The notes beneath the pieces are model-generated. The model did no database searches. It saw only the letters and a program-made list of their open reading frames with translations, and was not told where the DNA came from. This document shows, piece by piece, positions 46,302 through 55,444 of a DNA stretch of 64,000 bases; the first letter of the stretch is position 1; every line of letters starts with the position of its first letter. The DNA is from Holophagaceae bacterium (lineage in GTDB: Bacteria; Acidobacteriota; Holophagae; Holophagales; Holophagaceae): contig PLUC01000148.1 of NCBI GenBank assembly GCA_003165415.1, forward strand, positions 63 through 64,062, written 5' to 3'. Position numbers and translations under genes: made by a program.

Positions 46302-47056
46302 GCCCTTGCCTGCGCCAGTTCGGCCTCTGCCCCGCGCTGGAGCAGCATGGTGTCGGTGGCGACGTTGACCAGCCGGAAGCCCCGGGCCGCCAGGGGGCGA
46401 CCCTGGGCGGCCGAGTCGGCATAAATGCCCGCCACCAGCCCATGCTTTCGCGCAGCCGCGAGGATCCGGTCGCAGGCTTCGACCATGGCCGGATCCGCCA
46501 GGTTGCCCGCCCGCTGGATTCCCAGGGCCAGGCTGAGGTCCCAGGGGCCGATGAAGAGCCCGTCGAGGCCGGGCACACCGGCGATGGCGTCCAGGTTGGC
46601 CAGCGCTTCGGCGGTCTCGATCATGGCGAAGGCAAGGGCGAAGGACCGGGACCGGGAAAGATAGTCGGGCCCGATGGACACCAGGCTCCGGGTCGGACCA
46701 AAGCTGCGCGAGCCTTCCGGCGGAAAGCGGCAGGCCGCGACCAGGGCCTCGCACTGGGCCCGGGTGTTCACCATGGGACAGATGATGCCGTAGGCCCCGG
46801 CGTCCAGGGCACGCATCACCGCGCTGGGCTCGTTCCAGGGGACCCGGACGATGGGCGCGGCAGCGGTGGTTCCGATGGCCTGGAGCATGGCCAGCATGGC
46901 GTCATTGCCGGCCAGTCCGTGCTGCAGGTCGACGACCACCGCGTCGAATCCCGCATGGGCCATCACCTCCGCGCTCCAGGAGCCGGGGATGCTGAGCCAG
47001 CAAGTGTAGGCGGTCCGATCCTGTTTCCAGAGTTCAGGCAGCGGGTTCTGTTTCAC
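46298..47056 (-). CDS. HpcH/HpaI aldolase family protein
   Basis: GFD.VVVDLQHG, VRVP, LDAGA.GII.PMV, MIET, FIGP.DLS. Confidence 0.9.
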   Translation of the reverse strand: MKQNPLPELWKQDRTAYTCWLSIPGSWSAEVMAHAGFDAVVVDLQHGLAGNDAMLAMLQAIGTTAAAPIVRVPWNEPSAVMRALDAGAYGIICPMVNTRAQCEALVAACRFPPEGSRSFGPTRSLVSIGPDYLSRSRSFALAFAMIETAEALANLDAIAGVPGLDGLFIGPWDLSLALGIQRAGNLADPAMVEACDRILAAARKHGLVAGIYADSAAQGRPLAARGFRLVNVATDTMLLQRGAEAELAQARA

Positions 47057-47166
47057 GGTGGCTCTCCTGGATGGACCTGGGTCCAACATTGTTCGCTCAA
47101 TAAACATTTGAGCATGGGTTGCCCCGCTAGACTGGTCTGGATCGACGCCCCTCAGGCCCCACATCC

Positions 47167-47661
47167 ATGGGAGATCACTTGCCGATACTTCGCTCCACCA
47201 CCCGCCAATCCCTGCGCAAAGCCGCGCCCTTGGCTTTGCTCGGCGCGGTCGTCCTGTTCGGCGTCATCCAACTCATCCCCTACCGCCCCCAACGAGGCGA
47301 GGCGCCCGCCGTCAATGGTTTCCGCTGGCAATCCCCGGTGGCCGAAGCACTGGCCCGGGCCGCCTGCTACGACTGCCACAGCGACGAGACCCGAGTGTGG
47401 TGGGCGGTGAAGGTGGCTCCTTTCTCCTGGCTGGCCCGAAGCGACATCGACGAAGCCAAGCATCACTTCAACTTCTCCGCCTGGAACGACCGGCTGACCG
47501 TGGCCAAGATGCGCCAGGCCCTGGCCCACGGTATGCCTCCGTGGCAGTACACCTTGGTCCACTCCGAGGCACGGCTCAGCGAGGCGCAGAAGCAGGAATT
47601 GCTCCAGGGCTTTCAAGCATCCCTGGATGCCCACGCTGGTCCCCCACCACCGAACCCTTGA
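47167..47661 (+). CDS. haem-binding domain protein (mono-haem cytochrome c)
   Basis: TM anchor; ACYDCHS.ET, AP.SW, NFS.W, MPP..Y...H..A.LS. Confidence 0.8.
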   Translation: MGDHLPILRSTTRQSLRKAAPLALLGAVVLFGVIQLIPYRPQRGEAPAVNGFRWQSPVAEALARAACYDCHSDETRVWWAVKVAPFSWLARSDIDEAKHHFNFSAWNDRLTVAKMRQALAHGMPPWQYTLVHSEARLSEAQKQELLQGFQASLDAHAGPPPPNP

Positions 47662-47725
47662 TCTTATCGTTTCCTCGCTATGAGTCCCCGGATGGCGAAA
47701 TGGGCCATCACCAAGCCATGGAAAA

Positions 47726-48415
47726 GTGTTGCAAATTCGGAGTCAGGATCCGAATTTGCATGATAGGGAGGGCTTTGTCCGCACCTACCTGGAACGGGAC
47801 ATTCCCCAGCTCGGGTTCCGCATTCCGGCCCCCGCCATGCTCCGCTTCTGGACCATGCTCGCCCACTATCACGGGCAGACCTGGAACGCCTCGGAACTGG
47901 GCCGTGCCATGGGCCTGTCCGACAAGACCGTGCGCGGCTACCTGGACCTGCTCACCGGCACCTACATGGTCCGGCAGCTGCAGCCCTGGTTCGAGAACCT
48001 CGGCAAGCGGCAGATCAAGGCGCCCAAGGTCTACTTTCGCGACACGGGCCTGCTGCACCGGCTGCTGGAGATCCCGACCCGCCAGGACCTGCTGGGGCAT
48101 CCCAAGGTGGGCGCGTCCTGGGAAGGGTTCGCCATCGAGCAGGTGCTGCAGGCCTTCGAACCGTCCCAGCCCTGCTTCTGGTCCACCCAGGGGGGCGCCA
48201 AGGTGGACCTGCTGTTCCTGCACCGGGGACGGCGCCTGGGCTTCGAGGTGAAGTTCTCCGAGGCGCCCAGGCACACCGCCTCCATGCGCGGCGCCATGGA
48301 GACCTTGAAACTGGACCACCTATGGGTGATTCATCCAGGCGTGCACGAGTTCCCCATGGCCGAAGGCATCACCGCGCTGCCGCTGCAAAACCTTCCGCGC
48401 GCCGCGGCCAGCTAG
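47726..48415 (+). pseudogene. 5'-truncated AAA ATPase/DUF4143 protein (C-terminal part only)
   Basis: TYLERDI, KAPKVYFRDTGLLH, GASWEG, VDL...GFEVK (PD-(D/E)xK-like); no Walker A motif present. Confidence 0.75.
48201..48391 (+). repeat. 191-bp direct repeat, copy 1 (3' end of the DUF4143 gene)
   Basis: colinear with 49574-49764; last 49 bp identical. Confidence 0.85.
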
Positions 48416-48489
48416 CAGCCGTCAGGTCGCTGGCGGTGCTGGGATAGCGCGTGCTTTCAAATGGGACTATAATGATCCTGAGGTGTCAA

Positions 48490-48903
48490 ATGGCATCCAA
48501 CCCCGCGCAAGCAACCACCCCCTTCGGCGGCGGTCCCGATCTTGACCGGCTTTCCGGACCCGGGCTTCGCGCCTTCCTCAAGCTCGGCGAAGCATGGGGC
48601 TTGTCCATCGAGGAGCAGCGCCTTCTGCTGGGCGGCATCAGCAAGTCCACCTACCATCGCTGGAAGAAGGATCGGGACGCCACGTTGAGCATCGACCAAC
48701 TGGAGCGGATCTCCCACCTGCTGGGCATCTACAAGAGCCTCCAGATCCTCCTCCCGGCCTCGGCCGACGAGTGGCCGCGGCGCCCCAACAGCAATCCCCT
48801 GTTCGGGGGAAGGCCCGCCATCGACCTGATGGTGCATGGCGGCATGACCGGGCTGAGCACCGTCCGGGCCTTTCTGGACGGCCAGTGCGGCGGGTGGGCA
48901 TGA
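48490..48903 (+). CDS. antitoxin, Xre/MbcA/ParS family
   Basis: F..L...WGLS.EEQ..LLG...STY.RWK; ERISHLLGIYKSL; PN.NPLFGGRP. Confidence 0.88.
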   Translation: MASNPAQATTPFGGGPDLDRLSGPGLRAFLKLGEAWGLSIEEQRLLLGGISKSTYHRWKKDRDATLSIDQLERISHLLGIYKSLQILLPASADEWPRRPNSNPLFGGRPAIDLMVHGGMTGLSTVRAFLDGQCGGWA

Positions 48904-49568
48904 TCCTGCAGATAGGACCATCCCCATGCTGGAGGGTCATCGCGACGCTGGTCCCGGGAACGGATCTGTTCGGGGGAATCACCGATTTCAGCGAATGGGA
49001 AGCCGTGGCCGAAATCGAGAACCTTTGGAACGAACGGAGCCTGGGGCCCTTGGGCAACCTTGCCGCGATCCCCAGGGAGCAGCGTGCCCATGGCCCCGGC
49101 AGCGCCTACATCATGAGCCCTTTCGCGTTCCGGACCCCGGGCCGGTTCGGCGATGGCTCCTTCGGAGTTCTGTACGCCGGCCTGGAGGAACAGACCGCCC
49201 TTGCGGAAGTGGCCTGGCACCGGGCCAGATTCATGCGGGAGTGGGAACTTCCGCGGCAGACCATGGACTATCACATGCTGGGCCTCGTCTTCGAAGGGTC
49301 GGTTGAGGATCTTCGCGCGTCCCGGCCAGCCTTGCCCGGAGTCTACGCCCCCGATTCCTGGGTCGAGGGGCAGGCCCTGGGAGCCAGGATCCGGGCCACC
49401 GGGGCCGATGGGATCGCCTATGCCAGCGTGAGGCATCTCGGTGGGGAATGCCTGGCCGGTTTTCGCCCCAATGCCTTCAGCCGCTGCCATTTTCTGCGTC
49501 CGGCCCAGTTCTTCTGGGATGGCCGGGCCATCCATGGAGCAGGGCTCCCGGGCCGTTTGTTCAAGTGA
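48900..49568 (+). CDS. RES domain toxin (NAD+ phosphorylase family)
   Basis: GRFGDGSFGVLYA, TALAE, GI.YASVR; ATGA overlap with the antitoxin. Confidence 0.88.
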   Translation: MILQIGPSPCWRVIATLVPGTDLFGGITDFSEWEAVAEIENLWNERSLGPLGNLAAIPREQRAHGPGSAYIMSPFAFRTPGRFGDGSFGVLYAGLEEQTALAEVAWHRARFMREWELPRQTMDYHMLGLVFEGSVEDLRASRPALPGVYAPDSWVEGQALGARIRATGADGIAYASVRHLGGECLAGFRPNAFSRCHFLRPAQFFWDGRAIHGAGLPGRLFK

Positions 49569-49573
49569 TTCCG

Positions 49574-49764
49574 AGGTGGACCTGCTGTTCCTCCACCAGG
49601 GCCGGCGCCTGGGCTTTGCGGTGAAGTTCTCGGAGGCCCCAAGGCTCACCGCCTCCATGCGCAGCGCCGCGGAGCAACTGAAGCTGGATCACCTCTGGGT
49701 GGTCTATCCCGGAGCGCACGAGTTCCCCATGGCCGAAGGCATCACCGCGCTGCCGCTGCAAAAC
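49574..49764 (+). repeat. 191-bp direct repeat, copy 2 (orphan DUF4143 3' fragment)
   Basis: encodes EVDLLFLHQGRRLGFAVKFSEAP...MAEGITALPLQN, a paralog of copy 1. Confidence 0.85.
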
Positions 49765-49765
49765 G

Positions 49766-50218
49766 TTACCCGCTGGGGTCGTGAACGCTGCCGGTGAAAC
49801 CGCTCCAGGGATTGACCAGGCGGATGCCCAGGCCCTCGAAGTCCGAGCCATTGCTTGTGACGAGCGCAAGATCATGCTGCTCGGCCGTTGCGGCGATGAA
49901 GGCGTTCATCGGGCTGACGGGGCGGCCAGCCGCCTGGCCCCGTGCCATGACCCGGCCCCAGCGGTCGGCGGTCCCAGCATCGACCGGCAGGACGCGCCCC
50001 TCGAACCGGAAAGTCAAATCCTCGGTCACCCACCCGTCAAGCCGTTGGCGCCGGGCGCCAGCAGCCATCCGCTCGATGCCATGCCGCAATTCAGCGAGGG
50101 TGATGACGCTGATGAATACGCGATCCTCGTCGATTTCCGCGAGCCAAGTCACCACCCCGGGGTTGGGGCATGGCTTGGTCCATTCGGAGACGACATTCGT
50201 ATCGAGGAGAAAATTCAC
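49766..50218 (-). CDS. VapC family PIN-domain toxin
   Basis: FLLDTNVVSE, S.ITLAEL, IAATA....L.LVT.N..DF. Confidence 0.9.
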   Translation of the reverse strand: MNFLLDTNVVSEWTKPCPNPGVVTWLAEIDEDRVFISVITLAELRHGIERMAAGARRQRLDGWVTEDLTFRFEGRVLPVDAGTADRWGRVMARGQAAGRPVSPMNAFIAATAEQHDLALVTSNGSDFEGLGIRLVNPWSGFTGSVHDPSG

Positions 50219-50469
50219 AGATCAACCTTGCGCAAGCCGCCCTTCGTCCTTTCCGCATCGAGGCCCGAGTCGCGCAAAGGCGACTCCGCGAAAAATTCCG
50301 CCAGGTTTCCTTGGCGGCGGGTCTTCCGTTCCCACTCCTCTGCCGAGACCACCACGACGACGATGTGGCCATTCCTGGTGATGGTCTGCGGACCACTCAC
50401 CCGGGCCTGGTCCACCACCTCGCTGAATTTCGCTTTGGCCTCCGCGACCGTCCAGAGCTGAGTGGTCAT
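50215..50469 (-). CDS. Phd/YefM family antitoxin
   Basis: WTVAEAKAKFSEVV...GPQTITRNG; overlaps the vapC start. Confidence 0.9.
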   Translation of the reverse strand: MTTQLWTVAEAKAKFSEVVDQARVSGPQTITRNGHIVVVVVSAEEWERKTRRQGNLAEFFAESPLRDSGLDAERTKGGLRKVDL

Positions 50470-50589
50470 GGTGATGCCTCCCTGCCTTTGATCACAGTAG
50501 TCATTATAGTCATTTTCGGGTTTCCGGCCACCCCTTACTCCTGACCAGGGCCATCAAGCGGACGGGGAACCTGTGAGCCAACGGTTGTA

Positions 50590-50715
50590 TTAAGCGACCA
50601 AGTCGCCCGAGGCCACATGAAGGTTGCCCTTCAGGACGCGGGAACCCTGCCGTTCGATCTCCTGCCAGGCTCCGTCCGCGATGGGCGCCATTTTTCGCCT
50701 GAGTATGTCCGCCAT
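50590..50715 (-). pseudogene. family 1 encapsulin shell gene remnant (N-terminal about 32 codons)
   Basis: GGAGG RBS, then MADILRRKMAPIADGAWQEIERQGSRVLKGNL, matching the encapsulin N-terminus pattern (L.R..API...AW..IE....R.LK..L); truncated after that. Confidence 0.7.
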
Positions 50716-50728
50716 GATGATTCCTCCG

Positions 50729-51063
50729 TCATTTCAAGTTGCCCAGACCAAGCCCCTTGCCGTCCGGGGCCGGAGGCGCGGCAGCCCCAGGGCCGGGATG
50801 TCGCCGGAGCGGAACAGCATTTTCCGCAGTTGCAGCTCGAATGCCGGCTCGGTGCGGCGCAGCCATTCCAGCAGCATGGCCGCGTGCTCCATCTCGTCGT
50901 TGCGGTTGTGGATCAGGATGGCCTTCAACTCCAGGTCGCTGGTGACGTCCGCCCGCTGGTGGTATAAGTCGATGGCCTCCAACTCCTCCTGCAGGCTGGC
51001 CAGGGCCCGGTGGAAATGGAGCGCTTCGGTGGAAAGCCCGGTCTCAAGATAGACGCTGCTCAT
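50729..51063 (-). pseudogene. encapsulin-associated ferritin-like cargo protein with frameshifted loading peptide
   Basis: HRALASLQEELEAIDLYHQRAD...AILIHNRNDEMEHAAMLLEWLRR; alternative frame ends DGKGLGLGNLK* (cargo-loading peptide-like). Confidence 0.8.
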
Positions 51064-52665
51064 GAGGACACCGTGGAGGTGGCCCTGATCACCTATGCCA
51101 TGGCCAAATACAAGGGCGCCAGTTATCCCGATTGCGGCGAGACGTCTCTGCGGAATTTCTTCAACTTCATCCTGGCCAAACATGGCGTCATAGCCCCGGA
51201 CACCCTCGAGGCCTTCCTCGCCAAATGCGCCGGCCAGCCCGAAGAACACAAGGGGGAGAAGGGGCCTGGCCGGCCGATCGCGCACAAGGAACTGGACCAT
51301 CTCGCCGGCTTCTACCGGAGCTATTCCAAGCTCTCGGAACAGTTTTCGGAAACGGCCCGCAATGCCTGGAGCGAGGTGGTCAGCAACCTCAACCACACCC
51401 ACGATCCGCTGCTCATCGACTACCGCGAGAGGACCCATAACCTTTCGGGCGGTCCAGGCATCGTGAACATGCTCAACCTAATCGCCCACCTCCTGCCCGA
51501 CCCCGTCCTCAACCACCCGTGGTCCAAGGACCCCGGAGTCCGGATGGAGGAGGCGGGCCGGAAGCTGGACGCGCTCTGTGCCCTGGCCTCCAGGGACGGA
51601 TTCGCCGTCGAGTGGCAGGTGGGAGGAATGAAGCAGGTGAACAATCCCCACCCCACCATCCAATTCTCCATCAACGAATCAGCCGCCCTTGCCTGGGAAT
51701 TCAACGCGCATCATTACGCCCTGGTCGATCTCTCCGCCTCGGCCGGCCTGGGCAGGGAGGGCGCCGGCGTCGCCAGGTACGGGGGATTCCTGGCCCAGGC
51801 GTGGAAGTGCCGGCTCAGTCCCTCCCCCTACCGGATCGACCCCCTTGCCCCGCTACCGGTACTGGCACCTCTGGCTTCACTCGACCAGATGTTCAGCGAA
51901 AACCTCAGGGACCCGGATGTTGCCCTGGGCTTGACCTCTTGCTTGCTGGTCTCGGATCCCACGATGGCACGCACGCCCACCTTCTCCCTGCTCTTGCGTT
52001 CTCTTGTTCCGGACTACCAGACCGCGGACATCCTTTCCCGTGGCCTGGCACGCCGCAGGGATCTGACGGAGGACAGGGGGTTCTACCCGATGGGAGCCCT
52101 TTTGCGGTGGCCCCAGTCCGCGAGGGGCAGAATCCTGCTTGTTGCCGCCAATGGGAACGTGGGGATCACGAAGCTTATGATCGACCATGGAGCCGACGTA
52201 AACGCCACCGTCCCGGTTCTTTTTCTGCGAAAGAATGTCCGGCCGATTTTCCGGGCCATCGATTCATCCTCGGGTGACGAGGAAACAACGGAAGACAGCC
52301 TCGGCCTGCTGTTGGCGACGCGCCCAAGGCTGAACCTGAATGTGATTGGGTACGACCAAACTACCCCACTTATCCATGCTTTGCGGAAAGGCAGGGCCTT
52401 CGCCAGACTGTTGGCTGCCGGGGCCGACCCGAATTTCCCGGACGGAGAGCGCATAACCCCGCTCAATAGAGCCGTCATGTTCAGGAAGCTCCCGGAAGCC
52501 GAGGCACTCCTGGAAGCCGGAGCCGACCCCTTCAAGAAGAACAGGGATGGGATGGATGCAGTGGACTATGCTTGGCTTAACAAGAGTTTGGACATCCTCG
52601 CGTTGATCGAGCGCCGGTTCCCGGGCCGGACCAAGGATTCCATACACAAACCGAAAGAGCCATAA
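51010..52665 (+). CDS. ankyrin-repeat protein with an uncharacterised N-terminal domain (likely 5'-truncated)
   Basis: HGADVNA, TTPLIHA, AGADPNF, TPLNRAV, AGADPF ankyrin repeats; N-terminal YPDCGETSLRNFFN motif. Confidence 0.7.
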   Translation: MEMERFGGKPGLKIDAAHEDTVEVALITYAMAKYKGASYPDCGETSLRNFFNFILAKHGVIAPDTLEAFLAKCAGQPEEHKGEKGPGRPIAHKELDHLAGFYRSYSKLSEQFSETARNAWSEVVSNLNHTHDPLLIDYRERTHNLSGGPGIVNMLNLIAHLLPDPVLNHPWSKDPGVRMEEAGRKLDALCALASRDGFAVEWQVGGMKQVNNPHPTIQFSINESAALAWEFNAHHYALVDLSASAGLGREGAGVARYGGFLAQAWKCRLSPSPYRIDPLAPLPVLAPLASLDQMFSENLRDPDVALGLTSCLLVSDPTMARTPTFSLLLRSLVPDYQTADILSRGLARRRDLTEDRGFYPMGALLRWPQSARGRILLVAANGNVGITKLMIDHGADVNATVPVLFLRKNVRPIFRAIDSSSGDEETTEDSLGLLLATRPRLNLNVIGYDQTTPLIHALRKGRAFARLLAAGADPNFPDGERITPLNRAVMFRKLPEAEALLEAGADPFKKNRDGMDAVDYAWLNKSLDILALIERRFPGRTKDSIHKPKEP

Positions 52666-52703
52666 AGGATCTCGCGCATCATGACCGGGTTCGGGTCCGG
52701 CCC

Positions 52704-54137
52704 TCAGCCCAGCAGGCGCCCATAGAGGTCCAGGTATTCCCGGGCGGAGGCCGCCCAGCCGAAATCCTGGGCCATGCCCCGTCGCTGGATCCGCACCCAG
52801 GCCCTGGGGTCCTGGCGGTAGAGCTGGCAGGCCCGGCCGATGGTTTCGCCCAGGATCCAGGGGTTGGGCTCCTTGAACACAAAGCCGGTGGCGGTGCCGT
52901 CCATCATGGACTGGGCGTCGGCGTCCACCACGGTGTCGGCCAGGCCGCCGGTGCGGCGCACCAGGGGCAGGGCGCCGTAGCGCAGCGCGTACAGCTGGGT
53001 GAGGCCGCAGGGCTCCGCGCGGGAGGGCACCATCACCACGTCGGCGCCGGCCAGGATCCGGTGGGCCAGGCCCTCGTCGAACCCCAGGTCCACGGCCACC
53101 CGCCCGGGATGGGAGAGGGCGGCGGCATGGAACCCGGCTTCCAGTTCCGGCGCGCCGGTGCCCAGCACCAGGAGCTGGGCGTTGAGCTGGACGAGGTAGG
53201 CGACGTTCTCCAGCACCAGGTCCAGCCCCTTCTGCTCCGCCAGCCGGCTGACCACGGCGAACAGGGGGGTGTCGGCGACCTCGTCCAGGCCCATGGCGCG
53301 CTGCAGGAGGTTCTTGTTGATCTTCCGGGCGGACAGCAGCTTGGCGTCGTAGTGGATCTCCAGGTGCGGGCTGGAGGAGGGGCTCCACACGTGGTAGTCC
53401 ACCCCGTTGAGGATCCCGGTCAGGTCCCGGGAGCGTTGGGCCAGCAGCCCGTCCAGGCCCGCCCCGCCGGCGGGAAGCTGGATCTCCGCGGCATAGGTCG
53501 GGCTCACGGTGGTGATCCGGTCCGCGTAGGCGATGCCCGCCTTCAGGAAATTGATCTTGCCATAGAACTCCACGCCGCCGGGGTTGAAGCAGCCGGGGGC
53601 CAGGCCGAGCTCGGCCAGCAGGGTGCGCGGGTAGAGCCCCTGGTAGGCCATGTTGTGGATGGTCATCACGGTCCTGGGCCGAGGCCCGCCGGGCTGGGCC
53701 AGGAGCAGCGGCACCAGGCCGGCCTGCCAGTCGTGGGCCTGGACCAGGTCGGGCCGCCAGCCGCCGGCGTCCCCGGCGGTGGCCAGGGCCGCGGCGGCCC
53801 AGGCCAGGGATCCGAATTTCCGGTGGCTGTCGCCGGACTCCTCGTAGGGCCCCCCGGGCCGGTCATACAGGGCCGGGCAATCCAGCAGGTAGATCGGGAC
53901 CCCGGTGCCGGTGCGGCCCAGCAGGAACCGCGCCGGCCCGAGCCCCATCAGGTCCGGCGTCGCGCCCGCGGGCTCCAGGCCGGGGATGCCCTGGAGCAGG
54001 GCCGGGAACCCGGGCAGCAGCACCCGGGCGTCCGCGCCCAGGGCCCGCTGGGCCGCGGGCAGCGCCGCCAGCACATCGGCCAGCCCCCCCACCTTCACGT
54101 AGGGGAAGATCTCGGTGGCAACATGGAGAAGGCGCAT
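52704..54137 (-). CDS. glgA: glycogen synthase
   Basis: KVGGLADV, HDWQAG, TIHNMAYQG, PSR.EPCGLTQL, RRTGGLADTV. Confidence 0.96.
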   Translation of the reverse strand: MRLLHVATEIFPYVKVGGLADVLAALPAAQRALGADARVLLPGFPALLQGIPGLEPAGATPDLMGLGPARFLLGRTGTGVPIYLLDCPALYDRPGGPYEESGDSHRKFGSLAWAAAALATAGDAGGWRPDLVQAHDWQAGLVPLLLAQPGGPRPRTVMTIHNMAYQGLYPRTLLAELGLAPGCFNPGGVEFYGKINFLKAGIAYADRITTVSPTYAAEIQLPAGGAGLDGLLAQRSRDLTGILNGVDYHVWSPSSSPHLEIHYDAKLLSARKINKNLLQRAMGLDEVADTPLFAVVSRLAEQKGLDLVLENVAYLVQLNAQLLVLGTGAPELEAGFHAAALSHPGRVAVDLGFDEGLAHRILAGADVVMVPSRAEPCGLTQLYALRYGALPLVRRTGGLADTVVDADAQSMMDGTATGFVFKEPNPWILGETIGRACQLYRQDPRAWVRIQRRGMAQDFGWAASAREYLDLYGRLLG

Positions 54138-54140
54138 TCA

Positions 54141-55400
54141 TCAACCCCGCAGTCGGTCCAGCATCGACCCTGATATCAGGGTTACACCACCGGGGGTGCG
54201 ATGGAAGCGCCGCGCGTCGTCTTCCGCGTTTTCGCCGGCCACCAGCCCTTCGGGGATGCGGCAGCCGCGGTCCACCACCACCTTGCGCAGCCAGGCGCAG
54301 CGTCCGATGTCCGCCCCGGGCAGCACCACCGCCTCGTTCAGGTGGGCGTGGGAGTGCACCCGCACCTTGGAGAAGAGCAGCGAGTTGTGCACCGAGGCGC
54401 CGGAAACCACGCACCCGCCGGAGACCACGCTGCTCAGGGCCACGCCGTTGCGGCCGGGATCGCTGTGCACGAACTTGGCCGGAGGCAGCTGCTCCTGGTG
54501 GGTGAACACGGGCCAGTCGTAGTCGTACAGATTGAGCGCGGGCTCGGTGTAGGTGAGGTCCATGTTGGCTTCCCAGAACGCGTCGATGGTGCCCACGTCC
54601 CGCCAGTACGGCGCCAGGTCCCGGTTGCGGATGTGGCTCTTCTCGAAGCGGTGGGCGAACACCCCGGCGCGGGAGATCAGCGCGGGGATCAGGTCCCGGC
54701 CGAAATCGTGGGTGGACGCGGGGTCGGCGGCGTCCCGCCCCAGTTCCTCGAACAGGAACCCGGCCCTGAACAGGTAGATCCCCATGCTGGCCAGGCAGTG
54801 GTCGGGCTGGTCGGGGAGGGCGGGCGGGTCCTCGGGCTTCTCCACGAAGCTGGTGATCCGTCCTGAGCTGTCGGTGCCGGCCACCCCGAAGCCCTTGGCC
54901 TCGGCCCTGGGCACTTCCAGGCAGGCGATGCTCATGTCGGCGCCGTGGTCCAGGTGGTCCGCCAGGAACACCCGGTAGTCCATCTTGTAGATCTGGTCCC
55001 CGGCCAGGACCAGCACGTGCTCCGGATGGTGCCCCTGGATGTTGCGGCTGTTCTGGTACACCGCGTCGGCGGTGCCGCTGTACCACTGGTCCCCCTCCAG
55101 GCTCTGCTGGGCCGGCAGCACATGCACGAACTCGTCGAGGTGCCCGCTGAGGAAGCTCCACCCGTACTGCAGGTGCTCCAGCAGCCGGTGCGAGTTGTAC
55201 TGGGTGGCCACCAGGATCCGGCGGATGTTCGAGTTCATGCAGTTGGAGAGGGTGAAGTCGATGATCCGGTACTTGCCGCCGAAATCCACCCCGGGCTTGG
55301 AGGATTCGCGGGTGAGGTCATGCAGGCGCTTTCCCCGCCCGCCGGCGAGCACCACCGCGACGGTGCGTTCCGGGGCCCGGAAGATCTCCTGCTGGGACAT
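54141..55400 (-). CDS. glgC: glucose-1-phosphate adenylyltransferase
   Basis: LAGGRGKRL, FGGKYRIIDF.LSNC.NS, GTADAVYQN, FVEKP, ASMGIY, YWRDVGT. Confidence 0.96.
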   Translation of the reverse strand: MSQQEIFRAPERTVAVVLAGGRGKRLHDLTRESSKPGVDFGGKYRIIDFTLSNCMNSNIRRILVATQYNSHRLLEHLQYGWSFLSGHLDEFVHVLPAQQSLEGDQWYSGTADAVYQNSRNIQGHHPEHVLVLAGDQIYKMDYRVFLADHLDHGADMSIACLEVPRAEAKGFGVAGTDSSGRITSFVEKPEDPPALPDQPDHCLASMGIYLFRAGFLFEELGRDAADPASTHDFGRDLIPALISRAGVFAHRFEKSHIRNRDLAPYWRDVGTIDAFWEANMDLTYTEPALNLYDYDWPVFTHQEQLPPAKFVHSDPGRNGVALSSVVSGGCVVSGASVHNSLLFSKVRVHSHAHLNEAVVLPGADIGRCAWLRKVVVDRGCRIPEGLVAGENAEDDARRFHRTPGGVTLISGSMLDRLRG

Positions 55401-55444
55401 CCCAACCTCCTGCCCGCCGTGCCGGCCGGGTCAGCCAACCTTGG

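Noticed and set aside
47095-47113. GCTCAA-N7-TTGAGC palindrome between the aldolase and haem-protein genes
   Set aside because: Plausible operator, but short, single and with no cognate regulator nearby; too weak to report as a feature
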